This document shows positions 1 to 9,010 of a stretch of DNA of 36,931 nt, one piece after another. Source of the stretch: Eubacteriales bacterium (GTDB lineage Bacteria; Bacillota; Clostridia; Oscillospirales; CAG-272); contig JAZRFI010000109.1 of NCBI GenBank assembly GCA_045661285.1, forward strand, positions 1 to 36,931, in the 5' to 3' direction. The notes under the pieces were generated by a model. The model had not been told where the DNA came from. It saw only the letters and a list, made by a program, of their open reading frames with translations, and searched no databases. How positions within the stretch are numbered: the first letter of the stretch is position 1; each line of letters opens with the position of its first letter. Position numbers and translations under genes: made by a program.

Positions 1-454
1 TGAGCAGATCGTCAAGAACAGAGGGCTTGGCCATTTGATCTTTGAGGTACTGATCCCCACCGAAAAAGGGTTCGTTACCAATGACAAGGGTGAACAGAAA
101 GAGGTTGAAACCAAGCTTCTTCCCACCTACGTCTTAATTCACATGGTCATGAATGACGAAAGCTGGCACGTTGTCCGTAATATCACGGGCGTTACCGGCT
201 TCGTAGGCCCCGGGTCGAGACCGGTTCCGCTTACCGACGCAGAGCTTAGAAATCTGCGCATCGAATCCAAGCCGCTTGAATCCGGCTTCAAGGTCGGTGA
301 CAAAATCTCCGTTGTTTCCGGTGCGTTTGCCGGGTATAACGGTGTGCTCCAAGAGATCAGCGAGGACGGAAAGCAGCTTACCCTGCTTGTTTCGACCGAG
401 CGTCGTGACATTTCGATCATGATCGATACTCAGGATGCACGTATTGCGGAATAA
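1..454 (+). CDS. nusG: Transcription termination/antitermination factor NusG (5'-truncated by window edge)
   Basis: Frame open from base 2 (EQIVKNRGLGHLIFEVLIPTE). NGN motif PxYVLIHM...WHVVRNITGVTGFVG, C-terminal KOW-like VGDKISVVSGAF, position directly upstream of rplK. Confidence 0.95.
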   Translation, partial: EQIVKNRGLGHLIFEVLIPTEKGFVTNDKGEQKEVETKLLPTYVLIHMVMNDESWHVVRNITGVTGFVGPGSRPVPLTDAELRNLRIESKPLESGFKVGDKISVVSGAFAGYNGVLQEISEDGKQLTLLVSTERRDISIMIDTQDARIAE

Positions 455-498
455 GGGATAGATTTCCCCGCTCCGCCGTCCGTTTTTCGGACATTTTC

Positions 499-545
499 GT
501 GGGAGGGAGAAAATAATTTCTTTCATTCTCCCGATTTTACACCAC
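499..545 (+). promoter_or_regulatory. Probable ribosomal protein L1 autoregulatory leader upstream of rplK
   Basis: GTGG-GA-GGGAGAA...TTCTCCC-gattttaca-CCAC: two stems separated by an asymmetric loop just before the GGAGG SD. Matches my recollection of the Firmicutes GUGGGAG...ACCAC rplK leader. Confidence 0.65.
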
Positions 546-564
546 ATTTTGGAGGATATTTATC

Positions 565-990
565 ATGGCAAAGAAAATTTCCGGCTACATTAAGCTGCAA
601 CTGCCCGCCGGCAAGGCAACTCCTGCCCCCCCTGTCGGCCCTGCCCTTGGTCAGTACGGTGTTTCGATCCCGAACTTCACCAAGGAATTCAACGAAAGAA
701 CCAAGAACGACATGGGTCTTATCATCCCCGTCGTTATCACGGTTTATGCCGACCGTTCTTTCTCTTTCATCACCAAAACGCCCCCTGCCGCCGTTCTGAT
801 TAAGAAGGCTTGCAACATCGAGACCGCTTCCGCTTGCCCCAACAAGGACAAGGTTGCCTCGATCACCAAAGAGCAGGTTCGTAAGATCGCTGAGACCAAA
901 ATGCCCGACCTCAATGCTGCCTCCATCGAGACCGCTATGAGCATGATTGCCGGTACTGCCCGCAGCATGGGTGTTACCGTGGTTGACTGA
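565..990 (+). CDS. rplK: 50S ribosomal protein L11
   Basis: [30 protein letters not shown]...IAGTARSMG; GGAGG SD. Confidence 0.99.
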   Translation: MAKKISGYIKLQLPAGKATPAPPVGPALGQYGVSIPNFTKEFNERTKNDMGLIIPVVITVYADRSFSFITKTPPAAVLIKKACNIETASACPNKDKVASITKEQVRKIAETKMPDLNAASIETAMSMIAGTARSMGVTVVD

Positions 991-1006
991 TTAGGAGGAT
1001 AGAATA

Positions 1007-1705
1007 ATGGCTAATTTCGGTAAAAAGTATACTGACAGCGCAAAGCTGGTTGAAAAATCCAAGCTCTACGACAGCGCCGAAGCTATGGAGCTGGTCGTTC
1101 AGACCGCCAAGGCGAAGTTCGACGAGACCATCGAGATCAACGTTCGTCTGGGCGTTGACTCCCGCCATGCCGACCAACAGGTCCGTGGCGCCATCGTTCT
1201 GCCCAACGGTACCGGTAAGACCGTCCGCACCCTCGTTTTTGCGAAGGGCGATATGGCCAAGGCCGCCGAAGAGGCGGGGGCCGATTACGTCGGCTCTGAC
1301 GAGTTCGTTAAGAAGATCACCACCGAGAACTGGTTTGAGTTTGACGTGGTTATCGCTACCCCTGACATGATGGGCGTTATCGGACGTCTCGGTAAGGTTC
1401 TCGGTCCTAAGGGCTTAATGCCTAACCCGAAGGCCGGTACGGTTACCACCGACGTTGCCCGCGCCGTCAAAGAAGCCAAGGCCGGTAAGATCGAATACCG
1501 TCTTGACAAGACCAACATCATTCACTGCCCCATCGGAAAGGCTTCCTTTGGTGCGGAGAAGCTTCTTGAAAACTTTAACACCCTCATGGGCGCCATTATC
1601 AAGGCAAGACCCGCCAGCGTTAAGGGCCAGTACATTAAGAGCTGTGTCCTCGCCGCTACCATGGGCCCCGGCGTTAAGGTCAACCACGCGAAGCTCGGCA
1701 ACTAA
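1007..1705 (+). CDS. rplA: 50S ribosomal protein L1
   Basis: [43 protein letters not shown] motifs; AGGAGG SD. Confidence 0.99.
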   Translation: MANFGKKYTDSAKLVEKSKLYDSAEAMELVVQTAKAKFDETIEINVRLGVDSRHADQQVRGAIVLPNGTGKTVRTLVFAKGDMAKAAEEAGADYVGSDEFVKKITTENWFEFDVVIATPDMMGVIGRLGKVLGPKGLMPNPKAGTVTTDVARAVKEAKAGKIEYRLDKTNIIHCPIGKASFGAEKLLENFNTLMGAIIKARPASVKGQYIKSCVLAATMGPGVKVNHAKLGN

Positions 1706-1752
1706 TAAAAAGAATAAAGCGGTAAGAAATCTTACCGCTTTATTCTTTTTAT
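1705..1752 (+). terminator. Intrinsic terminator of nusG-rplK-rplA (perfect inverted repeat, may be bidirectional)
   Basis: ATAAAAAGAATAAAGCGGTAAGA-aa-TCTTACCGCTTTATTCTTTTTAT, 23-nt perfect arms. Confidence 0.9.
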
Positions 1753-1796
1753 AAAAAACCGCCTATAAAGGTAAATATACCTTTACAGACGGTTTT
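1753..1796 (-). terminator. Intrinsic terminator of the mutS2 operon
   Basis: Minus strand AAAACCGUCUGUAAAGGUA-uauu-UACCUUUAUAGGCGGUUUUUU; the two arm differences are G-U pairs only on the minus strand. Confidence 0.85.
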
Positions 1797-1802
1797 CTTT
1801 TT

Positions 1803-4196
1803 TTACTTCAATTCCACAACCGTAACACCGGCATCCCCCTCGCCATAAGCACCCATACGGTGAGAAGAAACACGGCGGTCGCCCTTGAGATAACGTCCGA
1901 CGGCGGCGCGAAGCGCGCCCGTACCCTTTCCGTGGATGATACGAACGGTACGAATCCCCGCCATCAAGGCATCGTCTAAATATTTATCAATGATAAACCA
2001 CGCATCGTCTCCAATCATACCACGCACGTCTACCTCGGGATGGAAGTCGGCCTTAATGACCTTTCGAAGCGTTTCGCGCGGAGGCGGCGGGGCTTTGACC
2101 TTGATCTTTTCGTCCCCTTCCAGCAAGCGAAGCGCCGTAAGCGGAACCTTGGCCTTTAAGATACCCGCCTTTACGCTGACGCGGCCGCTTTTATCGGCAA
2201 GCGCGGTAACCTCTCCCTCTTGGCGGTAATCAACGAGATAAACGCGATCCCCGATCCGAAGATCTCTCGGCAGGGTGTATTCATCATCAAGCGAGATCTC
2301 ACGGAATTCGGCCTTATCGTAAAGGGCGTTCCCCTCACGCAAGCGCTCACGCACGGCCTCCTTGGCCTTACCGAGCTCTTCGGCAAAATGGGCATGGTCC
2401 TGCTTCTTGCGAACGGCATCCAACTCCTTGAAGATATACTCGCTCCCCGCGCGGGCACTGTCCAAAAGCTCTCTTGCGCGGCGCAAGGATACCTCGATCT
2501 CTTTTTCGGAGGCAGCAGTCCTTTCCTTCAGTTTCCGCTCTGCCTCAATACGGAAGGCCTCGTATTCACGGCGGGCCCTTGCCGCCTCTTCGCGGTCTCT
2601 TTCCATAGCCGAGCGCGATTCATCCAACTGCTCAATAACCGTTTCAAAGCGCTTGGTGTCGCCCGAAAGAAGCGCATCGGCGCGGCGTACGATCTTATCC
2701 GAAAGGCCAAGCTTTTCAGAAATGGCAAAGGCGTTGGATTTGCCCGGCATACCGACGATAAGGCGATAGGTGGGGCGCAGGGTCTGCACGTCAAATTCGC
2801 AGGAAGCGTTCTGTACGCCTTCGGTTTCAAGGGCGTATACCTTCAGTTCGGCGTAGTGGGTCGTAGAAGCCGAAAGCGCTCCCTTTTCCCGTACCTCCTC
2901 TAAGATCGCCTCGGCAAGAGCGGCACCCTCAACCGGGTCGGTACCCGCCCCCAGCTCGTCAAAGAGAACCAGGGAATTTTCGCCAACGTTCTTTAAAATA
3001 TCGACGATATTGACCATATGGGCCGAGAAGGTAGAAAGCGATTGCTCAATGCTCTGCTCATCCCCAATGTCAACGAGAACCTCGGAAAAGAGACCGATCT
3101 CGGTCTTTTCTTCGGCGGGAAGCTGCAAGCCCGCTTGCGCCATAAGCGTAAAAAGCCCAAGGGTTTTCAGGGCAACCGTTTTACCGCCCGTGTTGGGCCC
3201 CGTAATAATTAAGGTGTCGAATTCGCCGCCAAGCGAAATATCGATCGGCACCACACGGTCCTTTTCGATAAGCGGGTGGCGCCCTTTTTTGATCACGATC
3301 CTTTTTTCTTCGGTAACGATCGGCTCAATTCCCCCGATCGAATCGGCGTACGCGCCGCAGGTAAAGTAAAAGGCGATTTCGGTCATATTGCGGCAATCGG
3401 CCGAGATCGCGCCTGCGTGCCCCGAAACCGAGGAAGAAAGCTCGGCAAGGATACGCTCGATCTCATGCTGTTCGCGAGAAGCAAGCTCACGCAGCTCGTT
3501 GTTGGCCTCGACGACCGCCATCGGCTCAATAAAAACGGTAGCGCCCGAAGAGGAGGTGTCGTGCAAAAGGCCCTTGATCTCGCCACGGTATTCGGCCTTG
3601 ACCGGCACAACGTAGCGCCCGTTTCGCATGGTAACGAGATTTTCCTGTAAAAAGCGCGAGCGCTCGCCCCCGATGTAGGTCTGCAGGGTATCTTTAATGC
3701 GGTTGTTGGCGGCGCGCATCTTGCGGCGGATCTCGGCAAGCTGTGGGCTGGCTTCATCCGCAATCAGGTCTTCCCCGATGATGACCTTCGTGATCCGATC
3801 CTCTAAGGGGCGCACCGAAATAAGGCGCGCGAACAACTCGTCAAGCGAGGTTTCGAAGCCGCGGTTGACCGAAATATAATCCTCAAAAAGCCGCGCGGCG
3901 CGCAAGACCGAAGCGACCGATAACAGCTCGCGGGGGGTAAGGGTCGCGCCCTTTCCCGCACGCTCGACCGCCTCTAAGACCCCCTCGTCCGAGGTAAAAG
4001 GCGGAAAGCCCTTCTCCCCAATCAAAGCCTTGGCATCCGCCGTACGGCGTTGGCGAAGAAGAACGGTATCGTAATCGTCCGAAGGGGAAAGCGAAAGCGC
4101 CCTTTCCCGCGCGCCCTTGGTGGGGGCGAACGAGGAAAGAGCCTCTAAGATCTTATCATATTCAAGCGAATAACGGGTCTTCTGGGAACAGAGCAT
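1803..4196 (-). CDS. mutS2: MutS2 (RqcU) ribosome-splitting ATPase / Smr-domain protein
   Basis: HDTSSSGATVFIEP, Walker A TGPNTGGKT, SLSTFS, DELGAGTDPVEG, TTHY, coiled coil, KOW, Smr IIHGKGTGALR. Confidence 0.97.
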   Translation of the reverse strand: MLCSQKTRYSLEYDKILEALSSFAPTKGARERALSLSPSDDYDTVLLRQRRTADAKALIGEKGFPPFTSDEGVLEAVERAGKGATLTPRELLSVASVLRAARLFEDYISVNRGFETSLDELFARLISVRPLEDRITKVIIGEDLIADEASPQLAEIRRKMRAANNRIKDTLQTYIGGERSRFLQENLVTMRNGRYVVPVKAEYRGEIKGLLHDTSSSGATVFIEPMAVVEANNELRELASREQHEIERILAELSSSVSGHAGAISADCRNMTEIAFYFTCGAYADSIGGIEPIVTEEKRIVIKKGRHPLIEKDRVVPIDISLGGEFDTLIITGPNTGGKTVALKTLGLFTLMAQAGLQLPAEEKTEIGLFSEVLVDIGDEQSIEQSLSTFSAHMVNIVDILKNVGENSLVLFDELGAGTDPVEGAALAEAILEEVREKGALSASTTHYAELKVYALETEGVQNASCEFDVQTLRPTYRLIVGMPGKSNAFAISEKLGLSDKIVRRADALLSGDTKRFETVIEQLDESRSAMERDREEAARARREYEAFRIEAERKLKERTAASEKEIEVSLRRARELLDSARAGSEYIFKELDAVRKKQDHAHFAEELGKAKEAVRERLREGNALYDKAEFREISLDDEYTLPRDLRIGDRVYLVDYRQEGEVTALADKSGRVSVKAGILKAKVPLTALRLLEGDEKIKVKAPPPPRETLRKVIKADFHPEVDVRGMIGDDAWFIIDKYLDDALMAGIRTVRIIHGKGTGALRAAVGRYLKGDRRVSSHRMGAYGEGDAGVTVVELK

Positions 4197-4207
4197 GAAA
4201 TAACTCC

Positions 4208-5005
4208 TTACGGTCGGTGTCTGGCGACCTCTTTATAAAATTGAAGGGTACGAAAGCCCCTTTCAAGGTGGTTGAGCAAATATTCCTCCGCCGCTCGTTC
4301 AAAATAAAGAACGTCCTCATCGGCAAGGCGGAAGGAAAGAAAGCGCTCGATCGGGCATTCGCACACGTAGGCGATCGCTTTTCTTACGGCGGGCGTCAAA
4401 ATACAAAGGATCGCCCTTGACAAAGAAAAGCTTTCGTCTGCTCCTATGGGCAACTGCCGTTGCAGCGTTTCGTGGCACGAGGTGCAAAGAAGCCCCCCGT
4501 TCATAACGTCAAGAAGCATATCGCCCGAGGTGTCCCCACACGTGGCGCAGCCCGAAAGATCGGGCAAAAAGCCGAGGATCGCCGCCGCCCGAAATTCGAA
4601 GGCGGCCTTGATATGCGAAAGCGGGTACTTCCCTACCGATATGGCGTAAAGGGCGTTGAGCGTTAAACGCAAGAGCTGCTTATCGGGTTGCTCGGGCACT
4701 ACGGTGTCAGAAGCGACCTCGGAAATATAATTGGCAAGCGCGGTCTTTTCAATATCCAAGCGGATATCGAAAAAGTTTTCGATCAGCTCGACCTCGCGCA
4801 CCCAATAACGATCCCCTCGATTTTCCAAGACGAAGGAGGCATAGCAAAAGAGCTGCGCCGAGGAAAGATAACGGCTTTTCAGCGATTTGCTTCCGTTGGC
4901 AACGGCGCTGACAAGCCCCTTTTCCTCGGTAAACACCGTCAAAAGCTTATCGTTTCCCGAAAGATCGGCAACGCGAACGACGACCCCTTTTACCTCGATC
5001 AGCAT
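4208..5005 (-). CDS. recO: DNA repair protein RecO (start corrected to ATG at 5005, MLIEVKGVV)
   Basis: OB-fold DKLLTVFTEEKG, zinc finger CATC...CTSC; follows era (TAAGATG junction). Confidence 0.93.
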   Translation of the reverse strand: MLIEVKGVVVRVADLSGNDKLLTVFTEEKGLVSAVANGSKSLKSRYLSSAQLFCYASFVLENRGDRYWVREVELIENFFDIRLDIEKTALANYISEVASDTVVPEQPDKQLLRLTLNALYAISVGKYPLSHIKAAFEFRAAAILGFLPDLSGCATCGDTSGDMLLDVMNGGLLCTSCHETLQRQLPIGADESFSLSRAILCILTPAVRKAIAYVCECPIERFLSFRLADEDVLYFERAAEEYLLNHLERGFRTLQFYKEVARHRP

Positions 5006-5006
5006 C

Positions 5007-5891
5007 TTATTCCTCGCGGTAGCCGAAGTTGCGGACGGCAACGTCGCTGTCACGCCAGTTTTCTTTTACCTTAACCCAAAGGTCAAGGAATACCTTAATG
5101 CCGAAGAAGGCTTCAAGATCCTCACGGGCGTAGGTGCCGACCTTCTTTAAGGTCGCGCCGTGCTTACCGATGATGATGCCCTTATGCGAGGTCTTTTCGC
5201 AAAAGATCTCGGCGCGGATGCGAAGCATTTTTTCTTCTTCTTTAAAATCCTCAATGATGACCGCCGTACCGTGGGGGATCTCCTCCTCCAACACACGCAG
5301 AAGCTTTTCGCGGATCATTTCCGCGGCGATCTGGCGCTCGGTCTGGTCGGTGACGGTATCGGTCGGGAAAAAGAAATTGCTTTCGGTTAAGTATTGCTTA
5401 CATTCTTCGAGAAAAATATCGACTCCCTTGCCCGATTTGGCGGACATCGGGATCACCGCGTCAAAGCTATGGCGCGCGGCATACGCGGCGATGGTTTTGG
5501 CAATATGCTCTTTGCTGGTGGTGTCGATCTTATTGATAACGAGGATCGCGGGGATCTTCGAGGCGGCGATCGACTGAATGATGCCCTCTTCGATATCGCC
5601 TACGCCATCACGCGCCTCTACCACGAGAATAACGGCGTCGGCTTCCCCAAGCGTATCGCCTGCGGCCTTGACCATATAATCGCCAAGACGCGTGCGGGGG
5701 CGATGAACACCGGGGGTATCAAGAAATACGAACTGATCCTCTCCCACCGTATGGATACCCGTGATGCGGGTACGCGTCGTTTGCGGTTTTTTGGATACGA
5801 TCGAGATCTTTTCACCGAGAACGGTATTGAGCAGCGTGGATTTTCCAACGTTCGGTCTGCCTACGATAGCTAAAAATGCGGTCTTCGTCAT
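5007..5891 (-). CDS. era: GTPase Era
   Basis: GRPNVGKST, KPQTTR, DTPG, NKID, KH domain EIPH and KGIIIGKHG. Confidence 0.98.
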   Translation of the reverse strand: MTKTAFLAIVGRPNVGKSTLLNTVLGEKISIVSKKPQTTRTRITGIHTVGEDQFVFLDTPGVHRPRTRLGDYMVKAAGDTLGEADAVILVVEARDGVGDIEEGIIQSIAASKIPAILVINKIDTTSKEHIAKTIAAYAARHSFDAVIPMSAKSGKGVDIFLEECKQYLTESNFFFPTDTVTDQTERQIAAEMIREKLLRVLEEEIPHGTAVIIEDFKEEEKMLRIRAEIFCEKTSHKGIIIGKHGATLKKVGTYAREDLEAFFGIKVFLDLWVKVKENWRDSDVAVRNFGYREE

Positions 5892-6406
5892 CTTTTATTT
5901 TCCTCTTCCCAAGCTTTTATGATTTTTCGTTGTCTTTCGCACATATCCTCTTCATCGGCAGGGGACAATTCGTGATCGTACCCCAAAAGATGAAGCGTTG
6001 AGTGAACCGCAAGGAAGGCGACCTCGCGGATATAGCTGTTTCCAAGCTCTATAGCTTGTTCCTTCGCCCGCTCACAAGAGATCACGATATCGCCAAGCGG
6101 AATACACTCATCTCCCTCGCTTACGTCAAAAAGCTCGTCCCTCTCGTAAAGCGGGAAGGAAAGCACGTCGGTGGCGCTATCCTTATTGCGGTAGGAGCTG
6201 TTGAGCATACGGATGCTTTCGTTATCGCACAGCGTGACCGATACTTCGGCATCGGCGCAGAATTCTTCGTAAAGAAGCGTTTTTTCGATGGCGCTTCGAA
6301 TTGCCATTTTCAGCGTATAGGGAAAGGCGTTTACCTCCCCGTCGGTTGAAAAACCGATAAAAAGGCGAGGCCCCGTCGGTGAATAATGCTTGATCATTTT
6401 ACTCAT
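5888..6406 (-). CDS. ybeY: rRNA maturation factor YbeY
   Basis: LNSSYRNKDSATDVLSFP, LGDIVIS, HSTLHLLGYDH. Confidence 0.96.
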   Translation of the reverse strand: MSKMIKHYSPTGPRLFIGFSTDGEVNAFPYTLKMAIRSAIEKTLLYEEFCADAEVSVTLCDNESIRMLNSSYRNKDSATDVLSFPLYERDELFDVSEGDECIPLGDIVISCERAKEQAIELGNSYIREVAFLAVHSTLHLLGYDHELSPADEEDMCERQRKIIKAWEEENKR

Positions 6407-7446
6407 TGCTTATCTTTTCCTTCTTTTTTCGAAAGGTAGCGGGCGGGCCGCTCGTTTGAGCGCTCGACCAACTCGCTTTTCCCGTAGTCTTCATACGCCT
6501 TGATGATATCCTGCACCAAGCGGTGGCGCACCACGTCACGCCCCGTGAAACGGTGAATGGCAATCCCATCGATCCCCCTTAAGATCCTTTCGGCAACCAC
6601 AAGGCCGCTTTTCTTACCAAAGGGCAGGTCGATCTGCGAAAGGTCACCGGTTACCACCATGCGGGAATTGTGCCCAAGGCGGGTTAAAAACATCTTCATC
6701 TGCTCAACCGTCGTATTCTGCGCTTCGTCAAGAATAATATACGAATCGTCAAGCGTTCGGCCGCGCATATAGGCAAGCGGCGCGATCTCAATAGCGCCCC
6801 TTTCTAACTGATGGGCGTAATTTTCGGGCCCCAGCATTTCAAAAAGCGCATCGTAAAGCGGGCGCAGATACGGGTCGATCTTGCTTTGCAGATCGCCCGG
6901 CAAAAAGCCGAGCCGCTCACCCGCTTCTACGGCGGGGCGGGTCAGAAGGATGCGGTCGACCTGCTTATTCCGCAAAGCGTCTACCGCCATAGCGACCGCA
7001 AGAAAGGTCTTACCCGTACCGGCAGGGCCAAGCCCTAAGGTCACCGTGTTTTTCTTGATCAGCTCAACGTATCGGGCTTGCCCCGCGGTCTTCGGGCGGA
7101 TCGGCTTTCCTTTATTGGTAAGCGCGATCACCTTTCCGTCAAGCGCCGTAAGATCCTCGGAGCAGCCCTCGTATACCGTGTTGATAACGTAATCAACGGT
7201 TTGTGCTTCGATATAATCCCCCTCGCTTACCATACGCGAAAGGATCTCGATCACCTCGGAAGCGCGCGCTACGTCGCCATTTCCCTCTCCGCTGATGCTG
7301 ACAGCGGCGCCGCTAAGACCCTCTCCCCCGTCTACCGAAAGACGGACCGAGAATTTTTCTTCGATGCGGCGGGCGTTCTCGTCGGCCGTGCCGAAAACGG
7401 CGGAAAGAATTCCCCCTTCACGAAGCGTTACAATCTTTTGCGGCAT
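6403..7446 (-). CDS. phoH: PhoH-family ATPase (YbeZ/PhoH)
   Basis: GPAGTGKT, LTRPAVEAGERLGFLPG, YMRGRT, DEAQN, DVVRH. Confidence 0.96.
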   Translation of the reverse strand: MPQKIVTLREGGILSAVFGTADENARRIEEKFSVRLSVDGGEGLSGAAVSISGEGNGDVARASEVIEILSRMVSEGDYIEAQTVDYVINTVYEGCSEDLTALDGKVIALTNKGKPIRPKTAGQARYVELIKKNTVTLGLGPAGTGKTFLAVAMAVDALRNKQVDRILLTRPAVEAGERLGFLPGDLQSKIDPYLRPLYDALFEMLGPENYAHQLERGAIEIAPLAYMRGRTLDDSYIILDEAQNTTVEQMKMFLTRLGHNSRMVVTGDLSQIDLPFGKKSGLVVAERILRGIDGIAIHRFTGRDVVRHRLVQDIIKAYEDYGKSELVERSNERPARYLSKKEGKDKQ

Positions 7447-7457
7447 TTCGTATCCCC

Positions 7458-8630
7458 CTACTGTTTTATATCCTCTACCGTAAAGGCGAGCGGTTCGGAA
7501 ATATCCACCACGGCCTCAACGTAACATTCAAGCGTATATCCCTCGTCACTGAGGGTGCCGTTCAAATTCTTATACACCACCATTCCGCCGGAAAAAGCCT
7601 TCGTAACAGCGGCTTGCATGGCACGGTGCGCAGCTGTCACCGCCTCGCTTTCGCTCAGCCTTCTTTCGGTCAGCGTATAAGAACGCGCGGTTTCATACTG
7701 TCGATAGATCGGCAAACGAACCCCGCCGAAAAGAACGATTTGTTCTTTTCTTTTTATTATATCATACTCTTCCCCGTAATTTCCAGCAAAATTAAAAAGA
7801 TTTATCTCTTTTCCGAAAAAAAGAAGAGAAAGCGATAGGTTTTTTTCTTCTTTCAGAACTTTTTCCTGCACGGCATACGGTTGTTTTATCTCGATTCTTT
7901 TCCCAATACGGCCAAGAACCTCCCCCTTCGCAAAGACGGCGCGAATCCCGTTGGCGCTTTCATATAGCCCGCTGATAAGAAGATCGCCCGCCTTTACCGT
8001 CTCTCCAACCTTTACCGCGGGGCGCCCCGCTTTCACGCTGACCCGCTCGATAACGGCGTCATACGCCGCCACTTGATTGGCGCACCCCTCTTCCTTTATA
8101 GGCTTTTCAGGGACCGTTTCCCCCTCTCGCACCTCTACCGATACGGTCGTTCCTCTTACATAAACGCTGACGAAGGAAAGCTCGGGATAGCGCAAAAGCA
8201 GGGCATTTTTGGCTTTGTTCGTATCCTCGCCTCGACTGAAATTGCCTACGCCTACCCCCACCTCTTCCAAATACGAAACAATCTCACCCCGCGAAAGGCT
8301 TTGATTCCCCACAACCTCCACACGCCATACGACGAGGCTTGAAAGAATAAACAAAAAAAGCCCCAAAAGACAACCGACGCAAAGACCCGGGCGCCGCCAT
8401 GCCCTCTTTAGGAGGGCGGGAAGCCCCCCTTCGCCGATCGGCTCACAAGGAAGCCCCGAAAGGCAATTCCGATCGCGCATAAGAACGAAAAGACGCGTTC
8501 TTCCCTCTCGGTCTTTTTCGGTTCGGTTAACAAGTCCGTTTTTTAAAATAAAATTCAAAACCGCAACGCGATCCTTTTCGGAAAAAGAAAAGGCGGCGTA
8601 TCCAAGCAAGAAAAAGTACAGCTTTCTCAT
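7458..8630 (-). CDS. yqfD: Sporulation protein YqfD (SpoIV family)
   Basis: TM segment followed by VWRVEVVGN, G.P.VK.G..VK.GDLLISG; canonical position upstream of phoH. Confidence 0.85.
   Translation of the reverse strand: MRKLYFFLLGYAAFSFSEKDRVAVLNFILKNGLVNRTEKDREGRTRLFVLMRDRNCLSGLPCEPIGEGGLPALLKRAWRRPGLCVGCLLGLFLFILSSLVVWRVEVVGNQSLSRGEIVSYLEEVGVGVGNFSRGEDTNKAKNALLLRYPELSFVSVYVRGTTVSVEVREGETVPEKPIKEEGCANQVAAYDAVIERVSVKAGRPAVKVGETVKAGDLLISGLYESANGIRAVFAKGEVLGRIGKRIEIKQPYAVQEKVLKEEKNLSLSLLFFGKEINLFNFAGNYGEEYDIIKRKEQIVLFGGVRLPIYRQYETARSYTLTERRLSESEAVTAAHRAMQAAVTKAFSGGMVVYKNLNGTLSDEGYTLECYVEAVVDISEPLAFTVEDIKQ
7756..7789 (-). promoter_or_regulatory. Candidate sigmaA promoter internal to yqfD, pointing at phoH
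   Basis: Minus strand TTGCTG-17-TATGAT overlapping TG-A-TATAAT, in an AT-rich patch. Confidence 0.6.
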
Positions 8631-8944
8631 AGGCTCTCCCCTACGCTTTCCGCGTTTACCGAAAAAACGCGACCGCAGATGCTCACCGTCCCCCTTGAAT
8701 AAGAAGAAGCAAAAAGATCTTCCCCCAAAAAGGTAAGGCGAACGCCGCCCGCCAAAAGGATGATCCTTTCCTCCTCTAACACGTAGACCTTTTTTACGCC
8801 GGAAAGGAAAACGCGGCTTTCCCGCCCTACGGTATCCGATTCGATATGTACGCCGCCAAAGAGCGGGGGCGCGATCTCAAAAAGGGCTGCAAGCCGTTCT
8901 TTGATCGGGATCCGCCTTTCGTTTTTCACACTCTTCATTTTCAT
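8627..8944 (-). CDS. yqfC: YabP/YqfC-family sporulation protein
   Basis: About 100 aa, beta-rich pattern (VFLSGVKKV...LTFLGEDL...VSICGRV), 4-nt overlap with yqfD, GAGGGGG SD. Confidence 0.7.
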   Translation of the reverse strand: MKMKSVKNERRIPIKERLAALFEIAPPLFGGVHIESDTVGRESRVFLSGVKKVYVLEEERIILLAGGVRLTFLGEDLFASSYSRGTVSICGRVFSVNAESVGESL

Positions 8945-8981
8945 CCCCCTCGGTATAAATTCGGGTATAGCACTCGTATTT

Positions 8982-9010
8982 ATAGTATGAGAAAGGAGGG
9001 ATACGCATGC
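8982..9010 (-). promoter_or_regulatory. Candidate sigmaE promoter for yqfC-yqfD
   Basis: Minus strand GCATGCG-14-CATACTAT, matching the sigmaE (T/G)CATnnn-N14-CATAnnnT pattern; yqfCD is sigmaE-controlled in B. subtilis. Confidence 0.6.
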
